In this document: positions 35,306-45,277 of the stretch, piece after piece
Layout: each line of letters opens with the position of its first letter
How positions within the stretch are numbered: position 1 is the stretch's first letter
DNA from: Cyanophora paradoxa CCMP329
Taxonomy: Eukaryota > Plantae > Glaucophyta
Reading direction: 5' to 3'
Assembly (NCBI GenBank): GCA_004431415.1
Contig: QPMI01000092.1
Coordinates: forward strand, 62,001-126,000
Length of the DNA stretch: 64,000 bases
Position numbers and translations under genes: made by a program
Notes under the pieces: generated by a model
Database searches by the model: none
What the model was told of the DNA's origin: nothing
The model's input: only the letters and a program-made list of their open reading frames with translations

Positions 35306-38300
35306 ATGAGCTCCCGAGCCGTAAGAAACAACCTTAGAACCGAAATCAATGAGCTTGCACAGAGGCTATATGAGCGAGGCTATATTAATGGCACGTACAG
35401 GAACTCGCTAGTGCGTCCTCTAACAAACACCAGGACCCACACTGACACACTCCGATCCTCTCTAGCATCACTGCTCAGGCTGCAGGGACAGAAAGGCCTC
35501 AGCGTCCGCTGTACGGGCGAGACGTTGCCGCACATTTCGAGAGGGGGCAGGCTGCGCGAGCAGCAGCAACACAGGAGATTGATGACGTTGCGGAAGCTAT
35601 ATCAGGGCTATTCCGCGAGCAGGCGTCGGCCAACGTTAACGTAGTTCGCACCTATACTCACCACGAGTATCCAGGGCTGCTTTTCACAAAGGACGTGATA
35701 GAGATAGAGCCGACAGCTGATCCAGAGAGAGTGAAAGAATTGACGATAGCGTTTCTGAACGAGCTGCGAGTCCCAGAGAGGATTGGAGCTGCTGTTTTAA
35801 TTCGCTTTCATTTTGAGAATTTCCACATGTACCGCACGCAGCTTGCGACCATAGAGGAGGGCACAATGCAGTCACTTCTAGCAAATCTCGCGGAGAAGAT
35901 GGAGAGCTGGATGCTAGCGCAGCAGCCCTACGAGGACACTGATGTCTGGCCAGTCGTGCAGATCGAGGTGCTTATTGCAGAAAACGCAGCAGGGGCTCTG
36001 GGAAATGTACCTAAGCTGCCCTTTGGAGGGAAGGCCCTAACGATGAACAAGATCTACTGTCCGATCTCTCCAGAGGACAACTGCGTGCTTGAATGCTTTG
36101 AGCATGAGAAGCTCAATCCCGGTCGTCTGAGCCTTGAGAGAGTATACAAGCAGCTTCAGCATGTTGATTACGGTTCGATTCGCACTCAGCTGGGGCTTCC
36201 CCGGGGACTAATTGCAGTCGATGAACCTACCATACGCAAGCTGAGCCAGCACTATAGAATCGATGCAAGCATTTTCGAGTGGATCTCGGACCGCAGCGCG
36301 TCGAAGTTCAAGCTCCTATTTTCAACTGAATTTGGCTTTGAACGCCGAGCCCACCTTTGCGTGGTCGATGCTCACTGCTTTCTAATTAAAGATAAGAGAA
36401 CGTGCGAGATGCAGAAGTGCAGAGCCTGCGGAAAGATGCAGTATGATTTGGCGACTCACAAGGAAACCTGCCGCTTCTGCTATACCTGCCGCTGCGCCTA
36501 CAATCCGAAGGAGGACCATGCAAGCAAATGCGATGAAGCAGTGAGGAACAAGAGCGTTATTGAACGCAAAATCAAGCCATGCGAGCCCGAGGAAGAGTTT
36601 ACAGCCCTAAACTCAGTCATAGCGGCAGACTTTGAAACGTTTGCACCCAACCGCACGACCCACGTTCCGTACGCAGTCGATATGGACATAATTAGCAAAG
36701 GAGAGATCACGGAAACGAAATCGTTCTGCGGCCCCGAAACTCTGGAACAGTTTATGCTCTGGCTTGACGACTGGAAAGAAAAGTCGACTCTAGTATTCTT
36801 CAATGGCAGCGGCTTCGACTTGATATTTATCTATAAGTGGCTTGTCCAGAACCGCCCAGACTGCCAGGTCAAGGTGATGCGCTCATCCGGAAAGATCAAG
36901 AGCATGGAGTGGAAGACGCTGGCCGGGGGAGAGTTTAAAAGCTTCGATCCCTGCTTGCACATACAGGGCTCACTGCGGCAGGCTGGGAAGGACTACGGGT
37001 GCACCACCTTGAAAGGGGATTTTGACCACCGAAAGATAAGAGCTTGGGATGACGTTGAGATTCACAAGGAAGCCTGGAGCGAATATTTGAGAGCTGACGT
37101 TCGGTCAATGACTGAGCTGTATATTAAGTACGCTCGGACATGTTTTGATCTATTTGGGATAAATGTGAATTCGAAGCGCACCTTGACAGCATCGGCGATG
37201 GCTTTTCAGATCCACAGGCAGCTAATGAAAACGGAAGTGCTGCTACCGAAATACAAGGAGGACCAGATTTTTCGCAAAGCGATTTACGGAGGGCGATGCC
37301 TACCATTCAAGCGGAAGTTTGTCTCGAAGGTCCAGATGATTACTTGGTAGATCTGGATGTGGTCTCTCTCTATCCGACGGCTATGTACTTTAATTACTTT
37401 CCCACTGGTAAATTTAAATGCATCACCGATCAAGCGGAGCTAGAGCGATTCCGCAAGTTTATGCTGAGCAGGAAAATGGAACAGCTGTTTGTTGCAAAGA
37501 TTAGCGCTAAAATTCCTCAGGATCTTGTGCTCTCTCCCCTTCCCGCCACGAAGCCAATCTGGGATGGTCTAACTTGAAGCCTATTGAGAAAGAAATGTAC
37601 ACCTCAGTCGATATCTACCGGGCGATAGCACTGGGAGTTGAGATCACAGAGCTGCACGAGGTGTACTTGTTTGAGGGCAAGGAACGAATGTTCAAAGATT
37701 ACATTGAGAAGCTGTACTGCATGAAAGCACGCTCACGAAAGGAACCGCCCAGTATGCTACGGCGAAGATCCTCTTGAATGGGCTCTATGGAAAATTTGCT
37801 CAGCGTCCAGTAATTGAGACAACCGAGCTGGTCTCAAACTACAGACGATTCAAGGAGATACAGCGATCATCGACGATTACGGACATTGACATAGAGAATG
37901 ATACGAGAATGTACGTCACATTTGAGATCCCTGAGTATAGGCGGGATGCCTGCGTTTCGAAGCCTTGCTTTGTTGGTGCATTTATCCTCTCCTACAGCCG
38001 CGAAATCATGGATCGATTTTTGGTGAGGATGAACTCATATAAGGACGTAGAGGCAATGCCATACTACACAGATACAGATTCTATGATCGTGCACAGGAGG
38101 TTTGCTGAGCTTCTGAAGGACTGCATGAAGCAGCCATATTCAGTTGAGGGAATGTCAGAGGAGGAAGGGAATAGAATGATCTGCGAGAGCGAGCTGGGGA
38201 AACTAGATTATGACATCCAAGGGAGAATTACTGAGGCTTACTTCATTGGTCCAAAGGTTTATTGCTGCTACTTTGTGAGGTCGAATGGGGAACCAGATCT

Positions 38301-38676
38301 GCATGTGCGGGCAAAGGGAATTCCGAAGAGCTGGATAGAGGAGAACTGGCTCCCGAGTGATCCAGTGGCAAAGAAGGAATCCCTTGATAACCGAATTGCT
38401 TTGGAGGCCTTCACAAGGATGCTAGAGGAACGTTATCAGCCGCAGTGCACACTAGATTCTAAACTAGCGCGTGTTTTCAAGCCCAATGGAAAGCAACGCG
38501 AGGCTGGGATCGACTTCAGCTCTATAATTCAGATTCCATTCAGCCGAATACTCAACAAAACGGAGTATACGAAACGAAAGATTATTCCTGACGAATATTA
38601 CAGCACGGTTCCCCATGAATACGTTCGAGCAACAGGCGGCAGCCAAGAAGGCAACCTTGACTTTGTCGATCTCTGA
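35306..38676 (+). CDS. polB: Protein-primed family B DNA polymerase (~1120 aa after correcting four 1-nt deletions)
   Basis: Same motifs as copy A; ends YTKRKII...STVPHEY, matching the Polinton PolB C-terminal KR...T.P.GY pattern. Confidence 0.95.
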
Positions 38677-39832
38677 TGCTTACTATGATCCTGAGACAGG
38701 GCTCCAGTCAGCTGCACGGATAGCTAAGAAGCTGAAGATGCCGCTGGCAAGGGTGCAGGCAGTGCTCGCGAAGCTGTCCACAGCTCAGCGCTTTGCAAAA
38801 CCGGTGAAAGAGAAGCCGTACACCAGTATCACGTATAATCACCCAGAGAAGTATTATGAAGTGGATTTGATCGATGTCAGTCCCTATGCTAGAAGCAACC
38901 GCGGAGTGCACTTCATCATGAACGCTGTGGATGTTGTAACCCGGAAAGCGTACAGCATTCCAATGAAAAATAAAAGCGAGGGGACCCTGCTTTCGACACT
39001 GCGGCAGCTCATAGCAAGCTTTCCGGTGAAGCCCGATATCATTCAGACGGATCAGGAATTCAAGGCTACAGCTGCAACTATGCTAGCAGCCGAGGGGATA
39101 AAGCACAATGCTGTCGAGGCGCATCGTCCGCAGGCAAATGGAAAGGTAGAGCGCTTTAATGGTACTCTGAAGCGGATCATTGCAAGATACATGGAGGCGT
39201 ACGACACCGACCGATATATCGATAAGCTGCCATCCTTTCTGCGCAACTATAACAGCTCCGAGCATAGAGCTATTAAAACTACGCCTGATGAGGCAGCAAA
39301 GAACCCAGCACCTGTTATTGCAAGAAACGATTATCAGAGAGAGGCGTACGAGCAGCAGCACTATCTGAAAGAGGCCGAGTTCAAGGTAGGAGACTCTGTG
39401 CGCGTAAAGCTGGCGAGGAACACGTTTGATAAATCAACGAAGCCGACGTACTCAAAAGAAGTCTATCAGATTGAAGCTATAGGAGGATTTGGCCCTCTGC
39501 TCAAGTTCAAGCTTGCTGGATACGACAAGGAGGTGAGCTACCAGCAGCTGCTGAAAGTGCCAGCAGAGACAGAGCAGCGGCGGGCTGGAAGTGCTGCACA
39601 GAATGCCCTTCGCCGTCGAAAGCAGGAGCTGAATTTGATGCAAGAGAATCTGGACAAGTCAGACATCGAAAAAAATAAGAGACTTCTCCGGGTTCAAAAG
39701 CAGCTGCTTACTGCTGGAACCAAGGCGTTAAATCCAGGAGGTTCGACAGCTCGGTGGTACACGTCTTTTGAAAATGCGAAGGCCTCTTATTCTGCGCCCA
39801 GCAACACGAGGACACTTAGACCGAGACGCTGA
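38615..39832 (+). CDS. Polinton-type rve integrase, 405 aa
   Basis: DDE motifs as in copy A; consistent with 6 bp TSD. Confidence 0.96.
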   Translation: MNTFEQQAAAKKATLTLSISDAYYDPETGLQSAARIAKKLKMPLARVQAVLAKLSTAQRFAKPVKEKPYTSITYNHPEKYYEVDLIDVSPYARSNRGVHFIMNAVDVVTRKAYSIPMKNKSEGTLLSTLRQLIASFPVKPDIIQTDQEFKATAATMLAAEGIKHNAVEAHRPQANGKVERFNGTLKRIIARYMEAYDTDRYIDKLPSFLRNYNSSEHRAIKTTPDEAAKNPAPVIARNDYQREAYEQQHYLKEAEFKVGDSVRVKLARNTFDKSTKPTYSKEVYQIEAIGGFGPLLKFKLAGYDKEVSYQQLLKVPAETEQRRAGSAAQNALRRRKQELNLMQENLDKSDIEKNKRLLRVQKQLLTAGTKALNPGGSTARWYTSFENAKASYSAPSNTRTLRPRR

Positions 39833-40106
39833 TTCCAGCGGAAGCTAGGGCACTCTCAAGTACAGAGATTCGATTTATCAACCGAGTGCGATAGCGCTTG
39901 TTTGCCTCGTTGTGAGCATCTTTGTGCGAAGCCTGATATCTGCTGCTCTGCTCAATGTGTCTCTGGCGATATGCAGGGTCCTCGCTGTATTTTCTGCGGT
40001 GGTACTCTGCTTTCTTCTCCCTTCTTGCTTGAATAATCTCTGGCGTAAGAGCAATCGGTTTGCGCCCTGGTTTGCGACGCTGCGCTGACTCCATTCCCTC
40101 GTTCAT
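39816..40106 (-). CDS. Small basic bZIP-like protein
   Basis: RRKPGRKP basic motif; HNEANKRYRTRLINRISVLESAL resembles a bZIP basic region plus short zipper. Confidence 0.6.
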   Translation of the reverse strand: MNEGMESAQRRKPGRKPIALTPEIIQARREKKAEYHRRKYSEDPAYRQRHIEQSSRYQASHKDAHNEANKRYRTRLINRISVLESALASAGISVSV

Positions 40107-40180
40107 ATAAGGATCTAAATTATTTAAGCGGTATAAATCGCGCTAGAATCACGAGATTTATTTCTATCTTTTAAAGCATC

Positions 40181-40516
40181 ATGGAATCGCCGCTGCGCCT
40201 GACAATACTGAGAATTGGGAAATACAAAGGGCATACACACCTTGAAGTTGCTTTCAGAGATCCATCATATGCTCACTGGTTGTGTCGATGGGCCAGGCTA
40301 AGTGATTATGATCGCGCTCAGTTTGTCAAGGCATCCAAGCTAATCCGAGAGACAAAACCAGACATTATGTGGGGATTGTACAAAAAAGAAAGAGCTGCTA
40401 GGATTGCTCAGGCTGCAGCCCAAAATTCTACGCAGCCACAAAATGTGGAGTTATCACCAGCAGATGACCTAGACATTGACTTATCAGAGGCGGATGCGCC
40501 GCCCACCCAGGGCTGA
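40181..40516 (+). CDS. Small protein with GKYKG...DPSY..W motif (DUF3820 / ExoX C-terminal-like)
   Basis: LRIGKYKGHTHLEVAFRDPSYAHWL. Confidence 0.65.
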   Translation: MESPLRLTILRIGKYKGHTHLEVAFRDPSYAHWLCRWARLSDYDRAQFVKASKLIRETKPDIMWGLYKKERAARIAQAAAQNSTQPQNVELSPADDLDIDLSEADAPPTQG

Positions 40517-41143
40517 CTTCACTTGTGCACTCGCCGAATTGGGCTCGCTCTGATAAGGTGTAGCAGGTTTCACATCGGCAGAGTCTGGTGATTGCTCTGC
40601 CTTTACTTTTTCGTTTTTCAAATAGCGCAGATCAGGGACATCGAGTGGCCGGTGCTTGAACATTTCGCTGCGAAGCATATCACGAATTTTCGCACGTTCT
40701 TGCTTTTCTTTTACATACGATTCGATATTAGCTGATCGAGCCTCCAGGTCGCGGAATTTAATAAGTAAATCATCGAATTGACTCTTCGAAACCGTGGGCC
40801 CCTTCAGTTTCGGGCCAGAATATTTAGGCTCGCTGGCCATAGCCTTCAGCACGCGCGCAGCATCCGCATCAATATCAGACTGGAATTCTTCAACAGTTTC
40901 CATCTGGTCCTGTCGGTCATCGCTTGCAGATGCGTTTGCAGTGGCAGAGGCAATCGTTTTTGCAACCGAAGTGTTTAATTTGGGGTTGCTCGCCAGTTCA
41001 CCACTTGGATTCGCAACTGCAGCACCCTCAGTGGCACCGCTCTCAATCAGTGGCGACGCAGGCGAGCCAGCTTGTCTGGCGACGTTCGGCTCTGAAATAG
41101 TGCGACGTTCACGAAAACCCTTTCTTGGGATCCCACGGGGCAT
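40484..41143 (-). CDS. Hypothetical protein, 219 aa (basic N-terminus, coiled coil)
   Basis: ATG ORF directly downstream of ATPase on same strand, AT-rich leader. Confidence 0.7.
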   Translation of the reverse strand: MPRGIPRKGFRERRTISEPNVARQAGSPASPLIESGATEGAAVANPSGELASNPKLNTSVAKTIASATANASASDDRQDQMETVEEFQSDIDADAARVLKAMASEPKYSGPKLKGPTVSKSQFDDLLIKFRDLEARSANIESYVKEKQERAKIRDMLRSEMFKHRPLDVPDLRYLKNEKVKAEQSPDSADVKPATPYQSEPNSASAQVKSALGGRRIRL

Positions 41144-41152
41144 CTTATTTTA

Positions 41153-41974
41153 TTAAGATAAGAATTTAATACGTTTCTTTTTAGGGATAATAGGGGATTG
41201 CTCTTGTTTCGATTCTTCTTCTTTTTGTCTTAGCCCGAAGGGCAAGGAGCCCTCCTTGGGCGACGCCCATTTCGTAAAACGAAAACTCTTATCTTCAACA
41301 GCCTTATCAACATACCATGCAGTATCATACTTGGTTCCATCCAGCACAATGCACTGATAATTATGCGCCCACTTTTCAAACATGTCTATAAACTCATCCT
41401 TTGGTAGGTGGCTAAACTCTCGATAGATAGCCTCAAGCTCTGTGTGATTAGAATAGCTAAAGAAAAAACAGTAATCAGCATTAGAACGAATCGATTGACT
41501 AAGAGCTGTTAACTTTTGGGTCATTAGAATAGTTGAAATGTTAAAATGCCGCCCCTGAGTGAAAAGACGATTAACAACCTTGCTATTTCGAAGATCAACT
41601 GTTTCGGAGGCGGCAACAAGATCATCAAGCACAAGCAATATCTGCGGTGATCTCTTTTTATTTTCAATCAGACTGCGCTGAGAATCTATAATTTCTGCAA
41701 CGATTGCTGGGATAAAGTCATCATAGATCTCCTTAGTTATTGCAGCATATTCACCATTAAATTTGGTGGCTGTGAAAACAACAACCCTATCAATTTTTGG
41801 ATACAGTGATCTCAAAAGATGTTTGGTGCAGTAGTACGATTTGCCGCTATTACTTTTGGAAATAAACAGCCCTTTGAAGGGAACTTTGATATCGCCTGGT
41901 TGAAACTGAGATAAGTCATCAGTGTTTTCGCTATCCATCAAAAATAAAGTCGCAGAATTGAGAGCTGATGCCAT
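41153..41974 (-). CDS. A32-like genome packaging ATPase
   Basis: Walker A SKSNSGKS, Walker B LLVLDD, A32 motif QGRHFNISTILMTQ, IRSNADY. Confidence 0.95.
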   Translation of the reverse strand: MASALNSATLFLMDSENTDDLSQFQPGDIKVPFKGLFISKSNSGKSYYCTKHLLRSLYPKIDRVVVFTATKFNGEYAAITKEIYDDFIPAIVAEIIDSQRSLIENKKRSPQILLVLDDLVAASETVDLRNSKVVNRLFTQGRHFNISTILMTQKLTALSQSIRSNADYCFFFSYSNHTELEAIYREFSHLPKDEFIDMFEKWAHNYQCIVLDGTKYDTAWYVDKAVEDKSFRFTKWASPKEGSLPFGLRQKEEESKQEQSPIIPKKKRIKFLS

Positions 41975-43363
41975 TTAAAGGTTGACCTTGCGAAGGCCCG
42001 CAGCATCAACAATTAGGACAGTGTGCAGAAGAGCTCGGACCTGAACGTAGATCTTGTTGGCTGCATCATAAGCGGCAGGGTTCATGATATTAAGGAAGCA
42101 GCTGCTGCTGTTGGTGAGATCCACGAAACCTGTTTGAGCTGCATTGCGGATAGCCTTCTGGCCGTCTACACAGAATGGCAGGCCAGTCAAGACATACCGA
42201 TTGAGAGGAGCATCCAGATTAGAGCATTTGAAGACATCAGCGAGAAGCTCAGCACCTTGCAGCAGGGGCACAGGCTCGTTAGAATAAAGTCGCTGGCCAT
42301 TCAATTCGCAGGAAATAGTTATGTCACGAGCATTGGCCTCGGTTTTGAGGACACTGTGTTTTCCATCAGTTTGGTTCACATTTGTTTGCTTGCGAATGCT
42401 AACGAAAAGGCCATAGCAGAGTCCACTGATTTGAGACAGATTAATCCGGGTGGGCGCACCAGCACCTGCATAGGTAATTGAGTCAGCATCAACCCAACCA
42501 ACTTCAGTTGCAGGAATGGCAATCCCCGAAGATTTGACTTTCTCAATCACCTGGGCAAAAGTGGCCTCATCAACGTTGATGCAGTGAGCTATAATCTTCG
42601 GATTCGAAAGCTCGGGTTTTTCAGGAGTGACAGTGAGGACATTGGGAGTTATATTCTGGCCAATGTTTGCAGGGGATGCAGCAGCAGCTCCTACGCTCCC
42701 AAGGCCATCGTCTTTAGAGGCATCACCGTTTGCGGCATATTCTGCTACAAACCTTCCACCATAGCTGGTTTCAACGAAGCCCTGGGCGCGGTCACGGAAC
42801 CAAACCTCCACAGACACCTCGCCGGAGAGCGCACCAATTGGAAGCACTGAGCCCTCCCAGGGGCAGGGGATCTTTACACTGAAAATACCTCCAGCGCGAT
42901 TGCTCCCCTGAGGTGGGGTTCCATGGAGCCAGCCACCAGACCGGTATTTCTTTTTAAGCTGAGCATCGTCATTGAAAATCAGAGCGCTGTGAACAAGCCA
43001 GTCCTCAGGGACGATGTAGCTGTAGGAAGCATATTTGATTTCAATTCGCTTTACAAGAGCACCAACAGACCGCAGATAACCAGTGCGAACCAGGTCAGTG
43101 TCACCAGTAAAAGCGGTCAGCTCGGGCAGGGTAAACTGGAGTTCAAGCCCCTGAAGGAAATTGTAACGGGGTAGGAAATAAGTAACCCTCTTTCCGAAGC
43201 AGTCTCCATAGTCATTGCTAGGGTTGACAACGACACGCACAGGCTTTGTTTGGCTGGTTAGACCTAACATAAGCTCGTTATTCATAAAGAAATCCTTAGC
43301 TTCCTGCGGAGTTGTGAGCAGCTCCTTTAGACCAAGACGTTGCAAGTTCTGGGTAACATCCAT
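41975..43363 (-). CDS. Major capsid protein (double jelly roll), NCLDV-like signatures
   Basis: FGKRVTYFLPR..FLQGLELQFTLPEL, GALVKRIEIKY, DWL, VKIPCPW...LPIGAL..EVSVEVWFR; 462 aa; adjacent to ATPase. Confidence 0.85.
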   Translation of the reverse strand: MDVTQNLQRLGLKELLTTPQEAKDFFMNNELMLGLTSQTKPVRVVVNPSNDYGDCFGKRVTYFLPRYNFLQGLELQFTLPELTAFTGDTDLVRTGYLRSVGALVKRIEIKYASYSYIVPEDWLVHSALIFNDDAQLKKKYRSGGWLHGTPPQGSNRAGGIFSVKIPCPWEGSVLPIGALSGEVSVEVWFRDRAQGFVETSYGGRFVAEYAANGDASKDDGLGSVGAAAASPANIGQNITPNVLTVTPEKPELSNPKIIAHCINVDEATFAQVIEKVKSSGIAIPATEVGWVDADSITYAGAGAPTRINLSQISGLCYGLFVSIRKQTNVNQTDGKHSVLKTEANARDITISCELNGQRLYSNEPVPLLQGAELLADVFKCSNLDAPLNRYVLTGLPFCVDGQKAIRNAAQTGFVDLTNSSSCFLNIMNPAAYDAANKIYVQVRALLHTVLIVDAAGLRKVNL

Positions 43364-43405
43364 TGAAGTGTTTATAATTCAAACGGAAGAAAATAATTCG
43401 GGGAC

Positions 43406-44362
43406 TCAGTTTGACGAATTGATCCAAGGATATGTCTTTGACCTTTTCTGGAGCTGAAGCTTGGCGAGCTCGTAGACAACATCACCATTTGGTTCATCTG
43501 GGCCATAACGAATTTCGAGTATAAATGAGACAGGACCTCCATTTAAATCAGCAATTCGCTGCATAAAATCGTAAATCTCAATAGTCACAGAGTAGAGGTC
43601 CAGCTTTGAATAAATATACTTGTACAAAGGATGTGCTTCAGTTGAATCATAGTATGCTATCTCGCCTGGACGAAGGACACTTGGAATGCTCAGCTTCGAG
43701 AAGAAGCCAGGTATTGACGTGTTCGGCATACTGACAAGGTCACCAATTTCAGGAATTCGTAGGAGCACATGATCATCAGGAGTGACATCAGGCTCATAAG
43801 CGCCTGCTATATATTCAGTATTTATAGATAATGTCTTTGACCGAATTGGTAGAATTGATCTCAGCCCTAGAAGCTTTGCAGTTCGCTGAGCCCTTGCAAC
43901 GGCCTGGTAGTTTCTGACTTCCCGCCCACCCTGGTTCGTTGGCAACATCAGAGCAATAAAGAACTCGAAGTTAGCTGTGAACCCTATTAATTTGATCGCT
44001 GAATTATACGTGCACGTGATACCTGTTCCCGTCAACCTTTCGTTTATCTCTGTCACAAGCGAGGTGACGTCGTAATTTCCAGGTGGAATTGCAATGTTAT
44101 TCCACGCTCCAAATCCGGCCTGAGGTGGGTCGGGTCCTTCATTAGTGGGATCATATTTGCACCAATATATATAGGTGTTAAAGACTAAATCCTCTGCCGG
44201 ATCGAGTACATCAATTGTGCTCATAGTGTTGGGGATCTCAGCTGATACCAAGCGCACGGCTTTCACATCCTGATAAACTTTAGGCAGTCTTACTTTAAAT
44301 TTCGAGGTGGATGTCAGCTCCTCCGCTTGGTGACTTGCAATGCAGACGTAGTCCGTAGGCAT
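43406..44362 (-). CDS. Minor capsid / penton-like protein 1
   Basis: FKVRLPKVYQDVKAVRLVSAEIPNT, IPPGNY...LVTEIN, C-terminal DLNGGPVSFILEI. Confidence 0.8.
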   Translation of the reverse strand: MPTDYVCIASHQAEELTSTSKFKVRLPKVYQDVKAVRLVSAEIPNTMSTIDVLDPAEDLVFNTYIYWCKYDPTNEGPDPPQAGFGAWNNIAIPPGNYDVTSLVTEINERLTGTGITCTYNSAIKLIGFTANFEFFIALMLPTNQGGREVRNYQAVARAQRTAKLLGLRSILPIRSKTLSINTEYIAGAYEPDVTPDDHVLLRIPEIGDLVSMPNTSIPGFFSKLSIPSVLRPGEIAYYDSTEAHPLYKYIYSKLDLYSVTIEIYDFMQRIADLNGGPVSFILEIRYGPDEPNGDVVYELAKLQLQKRSKTYPWINSSN

Positions 44363-44389
44363 CTTTTTTATATCAGTTAGAGAATAAAA

Positions 44390-45277
44390 ATGCGGCTTAC
44401 CTTTGACAGCAGAGACAGAAGGCCAATCGATTCAGAGGCAAACTTTGTGCTCGAAATCAATGAACCGATAATCAATCCAGTTGCTGTTCGACTAACCCAG
44501 TGTGAGTTCGCAAACAGCCTTTACACCAGCATTAAAGCTGAGTATCTTTCCATCACCTTTCCCTACCTTGGAACGCAAAACGTGGAGGTGTTTGAGCCTG
44601 GCATAATTACGACTGCAAATCTGGGCGAAACAGATATTTACAACTTTGGCCTATCATTTAATATTGAGCTAGAAGGGATTTCAATTGCGTATTTTAAACT
44701 ATTTCGAGACCCAGAGACGCTGAAAATGTCTGCGTATTGCAACCGTTCCTGCACACTGACCTGCCAGTTCAAAGCTTTATCGAATCTGCTCGGGCTGAAC
44801 CGAAATGAGCCCCTCCAGCTGTCTCCTATTGTACTTGAAGGGCCGCAAAGACCAGCAACTGCAGCTGAGCGGTATCTAGAGGTTGCTGGCATTCCAGTGA
44901 CACCTGCTCACCCTGAGTACGGCGTGGATTTCACCGGAAGAATGCAGAGTATAGCACTTGGTTACGCCGTCGAATTTCCAAAGATAATCGACATGAACAG
45001 CGACCAGTACCTCTTCCTTGTCTGCGAAGAGCTACGGCCGTTTGCTTCGAAGCTTCGCCGTGGGGCTAAATCAATGTGTAATTACGGGCTCGCTCGAATC
45101 CAGATGAGCCAGGATGTTGGCAAGTTCGTTTATATAAATCAGGAAAATGACGAGTGGATCCCCATCGAAGAGCGCCTGGTGCTGACCTCTCTGCGACTGC
45201 GCATTGTCGACAGAGATGGTGATGACGTCTCTCTGAATGGCCTGCCTTGGTCTGGTGAACTGCAATTTTTAGTTTAG
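44390..45277 (+). CDS. Minor capsid / penton-like protein 2
   Basis: FDSRDR...F...INEPIINPVAVRL...EFAN, YLFL, LRIVDRDG..VSLNGLPWS. Confidence 0.8.
   Translation: MRLTFDSRDRRPIDSEANFVLEINEPIINPVAVRLTQCEFANSLYTSIKAEYLSITFPYLGTQNVEVFEPGIITTANLGETDIYNFGLSFNIELEGISIAYFKLFRDPETLKMSAYCNRSCTLTCQFKALSNLLGLNRNEPLQLSPIVLEGPQRPATAAERYLEVAGIPVTPAHPEYGVDFTGRMQSIALGYAVEFPKIIDMNSDQYLFLVCEELRPFASKLRRGAKSMCNYGLARIQMSQDVGKFVYINQENDEWIPIEERLVLTSLRLRIVDRDGDDVSLNGLPWSGELQFLV

Larger units (their letters stand above)
23124..40046. repeat. ~16.9 kb tandem duplication, copy B
   Basis: Junction ...ctctggcgt/cgtgagatcc with an extra 27 bp tandem repeat (23125-23178). Confidence 0.97.
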
